From NCBI GenBank assembly GCA_963708575.1, contig CAVPTB010000003.1, positions 44,379 to 108,378 of the forward strand: a DNA stretch of 64,000 nucleotides, given 5' to 3'. Shown piece after piece: positions 26,961-37,551 of the stretch. Numbering within the stretch: position 1 is the stretch's first letter; each line of letters starts with the position of its first letter. The notes under the pieces are model-generated. The model searched no databases and was not told the origin of the DNA. It saw only the letters and a list, made by a program, of their open reading frames with translations. Position numbers and translations under genes: made by a program. The stretch comes from an uncultured Acidobacteriaceae bacterium (GTDB lineage: Bacteria > Acidobacteriota > Terriglobia > Terriglobales > Acidobacteriaceae).

Positions 26961-27590
26961 CTAAGCGGCTCTCTTCAAGGCTTCAAAAATCTTCTTAACC
27001 TGGTCCCGGGTCTCGTCCAGCGAGCCAGAGTTGTCGATTACGTAATCGGCGGCCTTGATCTTTTCTTCGTCGGGGAGTTGGGCGGCCATGCGACGAGTGA
27101 CTTCGCGGCGAGCGGTCTCTTCGTCCACGTGAACGCGCGCGGCCCAGCGTGGGATGCGCTGCTCGGGACGGCAGGTGACCACGATCAGACGATCAAAGCG
27201 CTGGCCCACTCCTGCTTCCAGCATCAACGCAGCTTCCACGATGGCAACGGCTTTGGGATCGTCTCTGCCGGTTTCTTCCATCCATTCTTCCTGGCGACGG
27301 ATTACCGCGGGGTGGACGATGCGATTGAGTTCTTCGATGCGCGAAGGCTTGTTGGCTTTCGCATCGCCAAAAGCGGCTTCGGCGAGGCGACCACGATTCA
27401 CGGTTGCATCGGGGTTCAGGATCTCGCGGCCAAAACGCTTTACAACTTCTTGGTAAACAGGTTCGCCGGGCTGCATCAGTTGATGGGCGATGGAATCGGC
27501 CTGGATGAGATGGGCTCCGAGAGCCACGAACATTTCTCCGGCGACGGATTTTCCCGCGGCGATGCCACCGGTTAGGCCGACTTTCAGCAA
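26961..27590 (-). CDS. coaE: Dephospho-CoA kinase
   Basis: (TTG)LKVGLTGGIAAGKS P-loop. 209 aa. Confidence 0.9.
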   Translation of the reverse strand: MLKVGLTGGIAAGKSVAGEMFVALGAHLIQADSIAHQLMQPGEPVYQEVVKRFGREILNPDATVNRGRLAEAAFGDAKANKPSRIEELNRIVHPAVIRRQEEWMEETGRDDPKAVAIVEAALMLEAGVGQRFDRLIVVTCRPEQRIPRWAARVHVDEETARREVTRRMAAQLPDEEKIKAADYVIDNSGSLDETRDQVKKIFEALKRAA

Positions 27591-27608
27591 GAGGGCTCCT
27601 GGTAACGA

Positions 27609-27640
27609 GGGTTCACCGACGAGGACGCCGAGGAGGGGAT
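27609..27640 (+). repeat. Family-1-related single unit (GTTCACCGACGAGGACGCCGAGGAGGGG)
   Basis: Same TTCACCnnCnAG...AGG architecture as 18331-18360. Lies between the folD stop and the coaE start. Confidence 0.5.
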
Positions 27641-27723
27641 GAAAATAAAAGCGGGGAACTTCCTCGCGCCAAAAGCGGGCACCAGGGACAAGCGTTGGAT
27701 ATGCCGGTTGTTTTCTTTATTCA

Positions 27724-28665
27724 TTAGATTTTGGATAGCTCCGGGATTTGGCTTCCTCTTCGCAGCTTGGCCGCCCGAACTGTATTGGACATCAGCATGG
27801 CGATGGTGAGCGGGCCGACGCCACCCGGAACCGGAGTTATCGCGCCAGCGACTTGCGCTACTTCGGGATGAACGTCTCCGACAAGTGTTGATCCCTTCGT
27901 CCGAAAGGTTTCTTCGCGCTTGGCGTTGCCGGCAAAGAGGCGTTCGAACTCAGCGCGGTCGGTGACCTTGTTCATTCCGACGTCGATCACGGTCGCGCCG
28001 GGTTTCACGAAATCGCGGGTGATCATGCCGGCGCGGCCGATCGCGGCAACCAAAATGTCAGCGCGGCGACAGACGCCGGGCAGGTCGCGAGTCTTCGAAT
28101 GGCAAACCGTGACGGTCGCGTTGGCATTGATGAGCAACATGGCTACGGGCTTGCCGACGATGTCGCTGCGTCCCACGACCACAGCTTCCTGCCCTGCAAC
28201 TGGGATGTGGCTGCGTTTCAGAATTTCCATGACCCCGGCGGGCGTGCACGGAACGAGACCGGGGCGCTGGGTAGAGAGAAATCCTACGTTCATGGGATGG
28301 AAGCCGTCGACGTCCTTGGCGGGATCGACTGCGATCAGAACTGTCTTGGAGTCGACCTGCGGGGGCAGCGGGAGTTGTACCAGGATGCCGTCAATTTCAT
28401 CGCGGCGGTTCAGGTCGGCGATCAATTCCAACAACTCCTCGGTGGTAGCGCTTTCCGACGGCGTGTGTTGCTCGCTGTAGATGCCGACCTCTTCGCAGGC
28501 TTTGACCTTGCCGCGCACATAGACTTCCGAGGCGGGATTATGGCCAACCAGAACGACCGCGAGGCCAGGCCGCATGCCGGCGGCACTTAAGGCCTTTACC
28601 TCGGTGGCGACTTCGGCGCGGATTTCACTGGCGATTTTTGTGCCGTCGAGAACAACTGCTGCCAT
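27724..28665 (-). CDS. folD: Bifunctional methylenetetrahydrofolate dehydrogenase/cyclohydrolase
   Basis: MAAVVLDGTKIASEIR..., VVVGRSDIVGKPVA, PVPGGVGPLTIAML. Confidence 0.95.
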   Translation of the reverse strand: MAAVVLDGTKIASEIRAEVATEVKALSAAGMRPGLAVVLVGHNPASEVYVRGKVKACEEVGIYSEQHTPSESATTEELLELIADLNRRDEIDGILVQLPLPPQVDSKTVLIAVDPAKDVDGFHPMNVGFLSTQRPGLVPCTPAGVMEILKRSHIPVAGQEAVVVGRSDIVGKPVAMLLINANATVTVCHSKTRDLPGVCRRADILVAAIGRAGMITRDFVKPGATVIDVGMNKVTDRAEFERLFAGNAKREETFRTKGSTLVGDVHPEVAQVAGAITPVPGGVGPLTIAMLMSNTVRAAKLRRGSQIPELSKI

Positions 28666-28749
28666 GGATCCTCTTTCTGTTGTGGATATAAAAATTGTAA
28701 ATGAAAGAAGGCTTGCTTAGAGGCGTCACTCCGCAAAACCGGATAAGAC

Positions 28750-29496
28750 TTACCGCCCAGGGGGGATGGGAAACTCCGGACCACCCACATTCCTGACGTT
28801 GGCTACGGCGAAATCTCGGACGCGGTCAAGAGCGGATTGTAGTTCGGCGTGCGAGTGTTCTTTTTGTGCGTCGTCGGCATCGGCGGGGACCGTGATTCTT
28901 CGACTCACTCGCAACAAGGCTTTGGAAAAAGGCTTAGGGAGCAACGAACGATCCCATGTGTTGAGAACCCATGCCTTTTCGATTGCGATATGGAATGCAA
29001 CCATGGGAGCGCCGGTGGCGCGGGCGAGCACAACCGGTCCGGGCTTGGCGACGTAGCGGGGTCCGCGAGGACCATCGATGGTGAAGGCAACCGTCGCACC
29101 TTGCTCCACTTCCCGCCGCATGGCGAGCAATGCGCGAACGGCGCCTTTGCTGCTCGATCCTCGAACCTTCACAAAGCCGAACTTGCGGATAATGCGTCCG
29201 GTGTACTCACCGTCGAAGCTGTCGCTGCTCATGACGCGGATTTGCAGGTTCCTCCAAATATAGGTCGCGGGGAAGATGCAGTCGTGCCAGAAAGAAAGAA
29301 TCATGGGCCGGACATTCATCGATTCGGGCGCGCCGTCTTCGAACGAGACGGCAACGCGTAGGGTAGGACCGATGAGGCGGATGGCGAGAAATCCCGCCCA
29401 AGTGATCGCCCACAACTGCGCTTGCTGCCAAGGTGTGAACTTGGGCAGAGATTCGGCGGCTTCCGATGAAACCGGCTCGGTTGCAGAGGTGCTCAC
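28750..29496 (-). CDS. DUF374 / lysophospholipid acyltransferase-like protein
   Basis: FWHDCIF..., FTIDGPRGPRY motif. Confidence 0.8.
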   Translation of the reverse strand: MSTSATEPVSSEAAESLPKFTPWQQAQLWAITWAGFLAIRLIGPTLRVAVSFEDGAPESMNVRPMILSFWHDCIFPATYIWRNLQIRVMSSDSFDGEYTGRIIRKFGFVKVRGSSSKGAVRALLAMRREVEQGATVAFTIDGPRGPRYVAKPGPVVLARATGAPMVAFHIAIEKAWVLNTWDRSLLPKPFSKALLRVSRRITVPADADDAQKEHSHAELQSALDRVRDFAVANVRNVGGPEFPIPPGR

Positions 29497-29571
29497 AGCG
29501 GTATTGTACCGTCCACGTCTCTATATCTTTAGGACAACAACCCCAACCGCTACTCTGGAATCCAAGTGCGG

Positions 29572-30363
29572 ATGTCCAGCCACTCGATCCAGGAAGAAGT
29601 TGTCGAAACCAAGCGCATGACCGCGCCGCAGATTTTTCATGCGGCAGTGGAGAATGCTCGTGAAGAGGTGAAGCGATCGGCCAGCACGCTGGCGTTTTCA
29701 GGGGTGGCGGGAGGCGTGACGCTGGGAATCACCGGATTGAGTGTGGCGTCGGTACGCGCGCTGATTGGAAACGGCGGTTGGCAAGAACTGGTTTCTTATC
29801 TTATTTACCCGGTCGGGTTCATCGCGGTGATTATTGGCCGGGCACAACTATTCACCGAGAACACCCTCTATCCCGTTGTTCTGATTCTCGATGAGCGACG
29901 GTATTTCCTGGTGACATTGCGGCTGTGGGCGGTCGTGTTTGCCTCGAATATTCTGGGTGCGTTCCTATTCGCTCTGTTGATTGTGAGGTCGGGGGCGCTG
30001 CGGCCGGAGGTTTTGGAGCAGTTGGTGCATCTGGGAATTGAAGCCTCGTCGGGTACGGCGGGGCACATATTCTGGAGCGGTGTGATTGGCGGCTGGCTGA
30101 TTGCGCTGGTGGCATGGGTGGTGACGGCGAGCCACTGGACGATCGGGCAGTTAGTGATGGTTTGGCTGCTGACGTTCGTGGTGGGAGTCGGTAAATTTGC
30201 TCATTGTATTGTGACAAGCGGCGAGATTCTGTCAGCGGTATGGGCAGGGATGCTTCCGGTTTCCACGTATTTGCATTGGCTACTACCGGCGACGGCGGGA
30301 AACATCATCGGAGGGGTGGTGATTGTCAGCTTGTTGAATTATGGACAGGTGCGAGCGGAGTAG
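29572..30363 (+). CDS. Formate/nitrite transporter (FNT) family protein
   Basis: Six TM segments. YPVGFIAVIIGRAQLFTENTL resembles the FNT signature. The nominal GTG at 29566 is an alternative start. Confidence 0.8.
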   Translation: MSSHSIQEEVVETKRMTAPQIFHAAVENAREEVKRSASTLAFSGVAGGVTLGITGLSVASVRALIGNGGWQELVSYLIYPVGFIAVIIGRAQLFTENTLYPVVLILDERRYFLVTLRLWAVVFASNILGAFLFALLIVRSGALRPEVLEQLVHLGIEASSGTAGHIFWSGVIGGWLIALVAWVVTASHWTIGQLVMVWLLTFVVGVGKFAHCIVTSGEILSAVWAGMLPVSTYLHWLLPATAGNIIGGVVIVSLLNYGQVRAE

Positions 30364-30463
30364 CGGCACCGAGACCGCCTTGCATCCTTCTTGTGATCCA
30401 GCTATGCTTGCGCCGCTCGGGGCGAGCCATCTTTAAATTTCACCCCGGCCTGGAGGATTCTCT

Positions 30464-30928
30464 ATGGGCCGTCGATGTTTTCTGCTGACAAATCTCACAA
30501 TCATGTTGCTGTTTGCGGTGGGTAATGCCGCGGCGACGGATCGCGCCGCGGATGAAAAGGCGATTCGCGCGCTGGACGCCGCCTGGGTTCAGGCAGCGCA
30601 GGCCAAGGACGCGGACAAAGCCACCGCCGTCTACGCGGACGACGCCTCCATGCTTCCCGCAGGTGCACCGATCGCAACTGGCAAGGCGCAGATTCATGCG
30701 GCGTGGGCTCATTTCATGTCGCTGCCGGGCTATGGGATTGACTTTCAGCCGACGAAGATTGTTGTGTCGAAGGCTGGGGATATGGCTTACGACATGGGCA
30801 CAACGAAATTCACGATGAATGACGATAAAGGCCAGCCCATGACGTCTGTGGGAAAGTATGTGGTGACCTGGCAGAAGCAAGGCGGGCAGTGGAAAGTGGT
30901 GGCGGATATTTTCAACGATGATAAGTAG
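30464..30928 (+). CDS. Secreted SnoaL-like / DUF4440 (NTF2 fold) protein
   Basis: Signal peptide, then ADEKAIRALDAAWVQAAQAKDADKATAVYADDASMLP...WKVVADIFN. Confidence 0.75.
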   Translation: MGRRCFLLTNLTIMLLFAVGNAAATDRAADEKAIRALDAAWVQAAQAKDADKATAVYADDASMLPAGAPIATGKAQIHAAWAHFMSLPGYGIDFQPTKIVVSKAGDMAYDMGTTKFTMNDDKGQPMTSVGKYVVTWQKQGGQWKVVADIFNDDK

Positions 30929-31000
30929 GGATTGGCGTGGGTTGAAACCGCTGCGCCGCCCAGGAGGGGTTGAAATGGCGTGGAGGGCGGCGGCCGGAAA

Positions 31001-31045
31001 GCGATTACCACAAGGGCAGTGAGGGACCGCTAAGCGGGTGGAGAG
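31001..31045 (+). repeat. Degenerate family-1 unit
   Basis: gcgattaccacaagggcagtgagggaccgctaagcgggtggagagg. Confidence 0.45.
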
Positions 31046-31103
31046 GCGTTATCTCCACCCAGGGTAGTGGTATCGCTTTCGGGGTTCAACGCATCTAAGC
31101 GGC

Positions 31104-31629
31104 ATGAGTACTTCTAAAAGTTTGGCGCTCGCGGCTGGACTGGGTGCGCTGGCGGGACTTCGGACCTTCACACCGCCGGCAGTAATAAGTCAGGCCGCTC
31201 ACCGCAATTTAATTCCAGTCCGACGTTCTCCCTTTAGGTTCTTACGATCTCCCATCAGCGCCAACAGCTTCGCTGCGTTGGCTGCTGGTGAACTGGTCGG
31301 CGATAAGTTGCCGTTCATGCCGAGCCGGCTGGAAGTCGGGGGGTTGGCAGGGCGGGCAGCATCTGGCGCGTTGTGCGGAGCCGCGATGGTTGCGGCAACC
31401 CGGGAGCGCGACAGCAAGCTCACTGGCAACCGGTGCAGTTTTAGGTGCGGTGGGGGCGATTGCAGGGGCTTTTGCCGGGTATCACCTGAGGCGGGAACTG
31501 GGTAAGCGCCTCGATATCCCCGATCCTGCGGTCGCTATTGTCGAAGACATGATAGCTGTCGGCGGCTCGATCGCACTGGTACGGCGCGGAGTCAGTATGC
31601 GGGCCGTGGTTAGCAGGGGGCGCTGGTAA
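31104..31629 (+). pseudogene. DUF4126-like membrane protein, frame-disrupted (or indel error)
   Basis: ORF 31104-31505 (...GAAMVAATRERDSK) continues in ORF 31288-31629 in another frame (LATGAVLGAVGAIAGAFAGYHLRRELGKRLDIPDPAVAIVEDMIAVGG). The junction is at about 31415-31432. Confidence 0.7.
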
Positions 31630-31774
31630 GGTTTAGAACGCTTGCCACGCGGCTACATTTCGTTCACGTGGGTACACTTGCTGGGTCCGCAACATCGATT
31701 CCACTTTAGGTTGTAAGATTTTCTTACGGTTCGCTGACGTTCCGCGAGCCCTCAGCGTTCAGGAGAATTGTTTT

Positions 31775-33415
31775 TTGCCACTCTCGCAGGATCCTCTCTG
31801 GTACAAAGACGCGGTCATCTATCAGGTGCACGTGCGCGGGTTCTGCGATACCAGCGGCGATGGCATCGGAGATTTTCGCGGGCTGGCGCTGAAACTCGAT
31901 TACCTGCAGGACCTGGGGATTAACACCATCTGGCTGATGCCATTCTTCCCTTCTCCTTTGCGGGATGACGGGTACGATATCGCGGATTACCGCAATGTCC
32001 ACAAGAACTACGGCACTCTCGATGACTTCAAGGAGTTTCTGAATGCGGCCCACGACCGGGGCATTCGCGTCATCATCGAGATGGTGCTGAACCACACCTC
32101 GGACCAGCATCCGTGGTTTCAGGAGTCGCGCAGTTCCCGCGACAATCCGAAGCGAGATTGGTATGTGTGGAGCGATACTGACACAAGATATGCGGGCACG
32201 CGAATCATCTTCCTAGATACGGAGCTTTCGAACTGGGCGTGGGACCCGGTTTCGAAGCAGTACTACTGGCACCGTTTCTTCAGTCACCAGCCCGATTTGA
32301 ATTACGACAATCCCGCGGTTCGTGAAGAGATGTGGGACATCATGCGGTTCTGGCTGGAAATGGGAGTGGACGGTTTCCGGCTGGACGCAGTTCCCTATCT
32401 GGTGGAGCGCGAGGGCACGAACTGCGAAAATCTGCCTGAGACTCACGCCATCATCAAAGACTTACGGGCGCGGCTGGACAAAGAATTTCCGGGAAGACTG
32501 CTGTTGGCCGAGGCGAACCAGTGGCCTACTGATTTGCGTCCGTATTTTGGAAACTCCGATGAGTTTCACATGGCCTTCCACTTTCCGCTCATGCCGCGGA
32601 TGTTTATGGGTTTGAAGTTGGAAGACCGCAAGCCGATTACCGAGATTTTGCAGCAGACGCCGGCGATTCCAGAGAACTGCCAATGGAGTCTGTTCCTCCG
32701 CAACCATGACGAATTGACGCTCGAGATGGTCACTGACATGGAGCGCGATTACATGTACGACGAGTACGCGAACGACCGGAGCATGCGGATCAATCTGGGG
32801 ATCCGGCGGCGACTCGCTCCGCTACTCGACAACGACAGGCGAAAGATCGAACTGATGAACGGAATGCTGATGTCGCTGCCAGGCACTCCTATCATTTACT
32901 ACGGCGACGAAATCGGGATGGGAGACAACGTCAATCTGGGCGACCGCAATGGGGTGCGCACGCCCATGCAATGGGATGGCGGGTGGAACGGCGGATTTTC
33001 GCCGGCCGATCCGGAAAAGCTGTATTCGCCGCTTATGCTGAATCCGGTTTACGGCTTTCAAGCGGTGAATGTGTCTTCCCAGAAACGGTTTGAACACTCT
33101 CTTCTTTCGTGGATGAAGCGCATCATAAAGATCCGGAAATCGACTCCGGTGTTTGGAAGAGGTTCGATTGAGTTTCTCTACCCTGCCAATCACCGGGTGC
33201 TGGCGTACGTCCGGCAATATGGGAAGGAAGCGATTCTGGTGGTGAACAACCTGTCGAGTGCGGCGCAGGCGGTGGAACTGGATCTGCAGCGCTACAAGGG
33301 CAACATTCTGGTGGAGATGTTCGGGCGCAACATTTTTCCCCGTATCGGCGATATACCTTACCTTCTAACCATGGGGCCATACCAGTTTTATTGGTTTCGG
33401 CTGCGAAAGATCTGA
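31775..33415 (+). CDS. treS: Trehalose synthase / maltose alpha-D-glucosyltransferase (GH13)
   Basis: [51 protein letters not shown] start with AGGAG upstream. Confidence 0.9.
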   Translation: MPLSQDPLWYKDAVIYQVHVRGFCDTSGDGIGDFRGLALKLDYLQDLGINTIWLMPFFPSPLRDDGYDIADYRNVHKNYGTLDDFKEFLNAAHDRGIRVIIEMVLNHTSDQHPWFQESRSSRDNPKRDWYVWSDTDTRYAGTRIIFLDTELSNWAWDPVSKQYYWHRFFSHQPDLNYDNPAVREEMWDIMRFWLEMGVDGFRLDAVPYLVEREGTNCENLPETHAIIKDLRARLDKEFPGRLLLAEANQWPTDLRPYFGNSDEFHMAFHFPLMPRMFMGLKLEDRKPITEILQQTPAIPENCQWSLFLRNHDELTLEMVTDMERDYMYDEYANDRSMRINLGIRRRLAPLLDNDRRKIELMNGMLMSLPGTPIIYYGDEIGMGDNVNLGDRNGVRTPMQWDGGWNGGFSPADPEKLYSPLMLNPVYGFQAVNVSSQKRFEHSLLSWMKRIIKIRKSTPVFGRGSIEFLYPANHRVLAYVRQYGKEAILVVNNLSSAAQAVELDLQRYKGNILVEMFGRNIFPRIGDIPYLLTMGPYQFYWFRLRKI

Positions 33416-33468
33416 AATGCTGCAAACCCTGATGGCATCGACGCCATCATTCAGCGGGGAGGATTTGC

Positions 33469-34737
33469 TTGCCGGAAGAAACCATTCTTTCTGACGGCTT
33501 TCTTCGTGAACTGATGAATGTGGGTGAAGTCGACATAGTAGTCGGCGTCCCGACATTCAATCACGCGGCCACCATCGGCCAGGTGGTGCAGACCGTGCGT
33601 GCCGGCCTGCTGCAGTATTTTCCGCGAAAGCGCGCGGTGATCATCAATGCCGACGGGGGATCGACCGACGCTACCCCTGACCTGGTGCGGGCGGCTTCCA
33701 TCAACGACGCACAACATGCGCCCGGCGTCAGCACATTGCGCACACTTCATTCCATCAGCACGCGGCACGACGGGGGACCGTCGAGCGGCAAGGCGCTTTA
33801 CTCGATTCTGGCCGCGGCGGATTTGCTGCAGGCTTCGAGTTGCGCGATCGTGGCTCCGGATTCGACCAGCATCGAACCGGATTGGATCTCTCGTTTATTG
33901 CGGCCGGTTCTGCAGGAAAGCGTGGATCTTGTCCTACCGATGTACCGGCGTCACAAGTTCGATGGGTTGCTGGTTCGCAACCTGGTTTACCCGGTGTGTC
34001 GTGCGGTGTATGGACAGCAGGTGCGAGAGCCGTATCCCTCGGATTTTGCATTCTCGGGGCGGTTGGGATCACATTTTTTCGCACAGGACGTTTGGGAGCA
34101 GGAATTTGGCTGCACCGGGGTGGAACTGCTGCTGACGATCTGCGGAATGTCAGAAAAGTTCAAGCTGGTGCAAACTTTTCTGGGTACGAAGTTGCGCGTG
34201 GATCATGCTCCCGCGGACCTAGTGCCGGCAATGCGGCAGACCGTGAGCCCGCTGTTTTCGTCGCTGGAGAGGAATGGATCGAGTTGGACGAGTACTTCCG
34301 AAACGGTGCCCGTGCCCATGATCGGCGGAGAGCCCGAGGTCACGCTGGAGCCTTTACGGGTCAATCGCGAACGTCTGCACGAAATGTTCACGCATGGCGT
34401 ATCGGAACTGGGTCCGATTTTGAAGGCGATTCTGTCGAGCGGGACTCTGAGCGAGCTGCAGCGGGTGGCGACGCTGCCAGAGGGAGAGGGCTGTTATAGC
34501 AACGACTTATGGGTGCGAACGGTTTATGAGTTCGCGGCATCCTACCGGCGGGCGGTCATCAGTCGTGATCACATCATCCAAGCACTAGCCCCTCTATACA
34601 GAGGCAAGACTTACACCTTTCTTTTGCAGAATGAAAATGCCACGGGAGGCGAAATCGAGGCAAACGTAGAAGATCTGTGCCAGAGCTTCGAAAAATCGAA
34701 ACCGTACCTGCTGGAGTTGTGGGACGGCGGGAAGTGA
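33469..34737 (+). CDS. GT-A fold glycosyltransferase (possibly a compatible-solute, glucosylglycerate-synthase-like enzyme)
   Basis: VDIVVGVPTFNHAATIGQVVQTVRAGL...VIINADGGSTDAT (GT-A DxD-type N-terminus). TTG start 6 nt after GGAGG. The specific function is an inference. Confidence 0.6.
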   Translation: MPEETILSDGFLRELMNVGEVDIVVGVPTFNHAATIGQVVQTVRAGLLQYFPRKRAVIINADGGSTDATPDLVRAASINDAQHAPGVSTLRTLHSISTRHDGGPSSGKALYSILAAADLLQASSCAIVAPDSTSIEPDWISRLLRPVLQESVDLVLPMYRRHKFDGLLVRNLVYPVCRAVYGQQVREPYPSDFAFSGRLGSHFFAQDVWEQEFGCTGVELLLTICGMSEKFKLVQTFLGTKLRVDHAPADLVPAMRQTVSPLFSSLERNGSSWTSTSETVPVPMIGGEPEVTLEPLRVNRERLHEMFTHGVSELGPILKAILSSGTLSELQRVATLPEGEGCYSNDLWVRTVYEFAASYRRAVISRDHIIQALAPLYRGKTYTFLLQNENATGGEIEANVEDLCQSFEKSKPYLLELWDGGK

Positions 34738-34744
34738 GGGCCGT

Positions 34745-35449
34745 ATGTGGGAGAAATTTGTAACCGAACTGACACAAGCGACGCAGGAAATCGTGCGCAG
34801 CATCGCGCATTTTCTGCCGCGCCTGATGGTGATGCTGATCATCGTTTTGCTGGGGTGGGTGGTGGCGTATGCCATCAAGGCTTTCCTGCGCAGCATCCTG
34901 CGGCTGGCAAAGTTTGACCGGCTCTCCGAGGATGCGGGCGCTACCCAATTCTTGCGCCGGGCGGCGCTTCCCTCGTCGACCGAACTGGTCAGCCGGTTCG
35001 TGTTCTGGGTGGCGTGGCTGGGATTCATTCTGGTCGGAATCAATGTTCTGGGCATTATGGCCCTGCAAGAACACATCTCCAGTTTCTTCGGATTTCTGCC
35101 ACGGCTATTTGCTTCGCTGTTCGTATTGTTTTTTGGATTGCTGGCCGCGACTTTTTTCTCGCGGGCGGCATTACTGGCTTCGGTGAATGCGGGGTTGCCT
35201 TCGCCGGGACTGATCGCTTCCACTATCAGGACCGTGATCATTGTGTTTGCGGTATCGATGGCGCTGGAAGAATTGGGCATGGGCGAGCGCACGGTTCTGG
35301 TGGCATTTACCATCATCTTCGGAGCGTTAATGCTAGGCTTGGCCATCGCGTTTGGTTTGGGCGGGCGCGACTTGGCCCGACATTTTCTGGAAAGAAGGTT
35401 TTCCCATCAACACCGGGAGGAGCGAGAAGACGAACTCTCTCCTTTGTGA
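34745..35449 (+). CDS. Membrane protein with conserved-TM-helix repeats (mechanosensitive-channel-associated type)
   Basis: 234 aa with four hydrophobic helices. The N-terminus FLPRLMVMLIIVLLGWVVAYAIKAFLRSIL is typical of the TM_helix repeat as I recall it. Confidence 0.65.
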   Translation: MWEKFVTELTQATQEIVRSIAHFLPRLMVMLIIVLLGWVVAYAIKAFLRSILRLAKFDRLSEDAGATQFLRRAALPSSTELVSRFVFWVAWLGFILVGINVLGIMALQEHISSFFGFLPRLFASLFVLFFGLLAATFFSRAALLASVNAGLPSPGLIASTIRTVIIVFAVSMALEELGMGERTVLVAFTIIFGALMLGLAIAFGLGGRDLARHFLERRFSHQHREEREDELSPL

Positions 35450-35514
35450 AACCACGCTTGAGAAGGAACTGTTCCTCATCCCGAAATAGCGCCCGCGGAG
35501 CCAGCGAAACCGCG

Positions 35515-36288
35515 ATGGCGGCGGCGTTTTTACTTCTGCTTTTGGCGCAGGTGAATTTGTGCATCGCAGAGCCCGAGGCTCCGCTGGTGCTGACCGCTGA
35601 CGCCGTGGTTCAGAAGCTCATGGTGGCGAATGCGCGGCGGGCGCAAGCGTTGCGTTCCTACCGGGGATTGCGGCATTACCACTTGGAGTATCGCGGCATC
35701 CTGGGAAGCCATCCAGCCGACATGGATGTCGAGGCCACCTACATCGCACCGGATAAGAAAACGTTTCGCGTCATCTCCCACACCGGTTCGAACCTTCTGT
35801 ACAACCGGGTACTGGTAAACCTGCTCAGCAGCGAGCAGGAAGCGCAGCAGGAAAAGGTGCGCAAGGAACTGGAGATTTCGCCGGCCAACTACAACTTCAA
35901 GCTGGACGGCTACCAGCAGACATCGGACTGCAATTGTTACGTGCTCGAACTCGCTCCGAAGAACAAGAATAAATATGTTTATCGCGGCAAGATCTGGGTC
36001 GACTCGCAAGACTTTGCCGTAGTGCGAATGCAGGGAGAACCGGCGCAACGGCCGTCGTTCTGGGTATCGCACACAGTGGTCGAATTTAACTGGCAGAAGA
36101 ACGGGTTGTTCTGGCTGCCGATCCACAATGAATCAGTTACGGACGTGCGCCTGGGTGGGACGGCGAAGCTTACGATCGATTACAGCAACTACCAGGTGAC
36201 GGCGATGAATCCGGGAACGAAGGATCCGGAGAATGAGGAACGGCAGGGTGTTCCCGAGCCGGGGAGCATGAGCGCGGACCCGCACTAG
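35515..36288 (+). CDS. Secreted LolA/RseB-like (outer-membrane lipoprotein-sorting fold) protein
   Basis: ATG at 35515 followed by signal peptide MAAAFLLLLLAQVNLCIA. CYVLELAPKNKNKYVYRGKIWVDSQDFAVVRMQGEP resembles LolA-like family members. The upstream 167 codons of the nominal ORF overlap the preceding gene. Confidence 0.6.
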   Translation: MAAAFLLLLLAQVNLCIAEPEAPLVLTADAVVQKLMVANARRAQALRSYRGLRHYHLEYRGILGSHPADMDVEATYIAPDKKTFRVISHTGSNLLYNRVLVNLLSSEQEAQQEKVRKELEISPANYNFKLDGYQQTSDCNCYVLELAPKNKNKYVYRGKIWVDSQDFAVVRMQGEPAQRPSFWVSHTVVEFNWQKNGLFWLPIHNESVTDVRLGGTAKLTIDYSNYQVTAMNPGTKDPENEERQGVPEPGSMSADPH

Positions 36289-36485
36289 TTTTTGAAGAAG
36301 GTTCTGGCCACTCTTCGAAAATCGCGAAGGGCGCGGCCGCGTCGGTTTGAGCCCTCACTATGGACGTTTGTCCCTATTGACTCCTCCGCTTTTTTCCATA
36401 TAGTTCATAGGCCGACTTTGGGCACCCCTCCGGGCATCTCCGTTGTGGGGACGACAGTCGGGAATTTTTCTGTGGGGTCAATCGC

Positions 36486-37352
36486 ATGAAACAAATCGGG
36501 ACTGGTCTTCTCTTGGGAATGCTTTTTTGCTGCGCTTCGATTGCCGCTGAAGCGCCGAAACTGACCTTCAAATATACGACGGTGCAGGTGAAGAACTCGC
36601 AAGACACTCGCGTCTACGCGGTGAACAACTCGGGAACCATGGTTGGGCAATACATCGATTCGGGTGGCATCGCTCACGGCATGAAACTGGCGAGTGGCAA
36701 ACTGACGACGATTGACGATCCCAACGGCTCTAACACCTTCTGCATCGGCATCAATTCAAAGGGTGCCATCGTCGGCTATTACTACACCGCCAGCAACGTA
36801 CAAACGGGATTTCTTTTCAAAGGTGGGAAATTTACCGATATTGCGCCAAGCGGAGCCATCGGCACGACGGCCCAAGGGATCAACGACAGTGGAACGGTCG
36901 TGGGGCAATATGAGGATTCGAGCGGAGTGGGGCATGGTTTTACCTGGAATGGAAAGAAGTACAAGAGCTTCGATGCGCCCAAGGCCACTCTTACTTCCGG
37001 ATATGGAATCAACAACTCCGGACTGATTACGGTGCAATGGGTCGATTCCGTGGGGAATTACGAATCGTCGCTCTACGACGGGAAGAAATTCACCAAGATC
37101 AATGTGCCGGGCGCGGTCAGCAGTTATGCGCACGATATCGATACCGCAGGCGACGTCGTGTATTCCTGGACCGATTCTAACGGCTTGTTTCATGGAGCTC
37201 TGCGGACGGGCGGGAAAGTCTACAAGTTCGACGATCCCAAAGGAACCAACGGAACCTATGGAGACGGGATCAACGACAAGAAGCTAGTCGTTGGAGTGAT
37301 TCATAACAATGGCGGGAATACCGCGCTGGGGTTCAAGGCAACGTATAAATAG
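36486..37352 (+). CDS. Secreted repeat protein, HAF-like extracellular repeats (six units)
   Basis: Signal peptide plus six copies of the G-I-N-(N/D)-S-G-x-(V/I)-V-G...G-x-x-H-G-F pattern. Confidence 0.75.
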   Translation: MKQIGTGLLLGMLFCCASIAAEAPKLTFKYTTVQVKNSQDTRVYAVNNSGTMVGQYIDSGGIAHGMKLASGKLTTIDDPNGSNTFCIGINSKGAIVGYYYTASNVQTGFLFKGGKFTDIAPSGAIGTTAQGINDSGTVVGQYEDSSGVGHGFTWNGKKYKSFDAPKATLTSGYGINNSGLITVQWVDSVGNYESSLYDGKKFTKINVPGAVSSYAHDIDTAGDVVYSWTDSNGLFHGALRTGGKVYKFDDPKGTNGTYGDGINDKKLVVGVIHNNGGNTALGFKATYK

Positions 37353-37551
37353 GGCCGAGCACAAGAGCGGAACCGGGCTTTGCCACCACGGTGCTGACCT
37401 TTTTCATTGCCGGTCTCCTTTTTATCTGTGCTTCGAGCACGTCGATAACTTGGGAGCGTACGCCGCATCCCATCCGGAGACCGGCCTTCTCATCCCACCT
37501 GATTACGTTAGTTGTAGAGCGGAAAACCCGTACAGGCTAAGCGAAATAAGA

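Noticed and set aside
28666-28749. ZTP or THF riboswitch upstream of folD
   Set aside because: The 84-nt spacer lacks the conserved ZTP (GGGUCGUGACUGGCG...CCGCCUGGGCA) or THF motifs and is too short.
35014-35514. N-terminal 167 codons of the nominal ORF 35014-36288
   Set aside because: This part overlaps the well-supported membrane protein gene 34745-35449 in another frame. A canonical signal peptide begins at the internal ATG at 35515.
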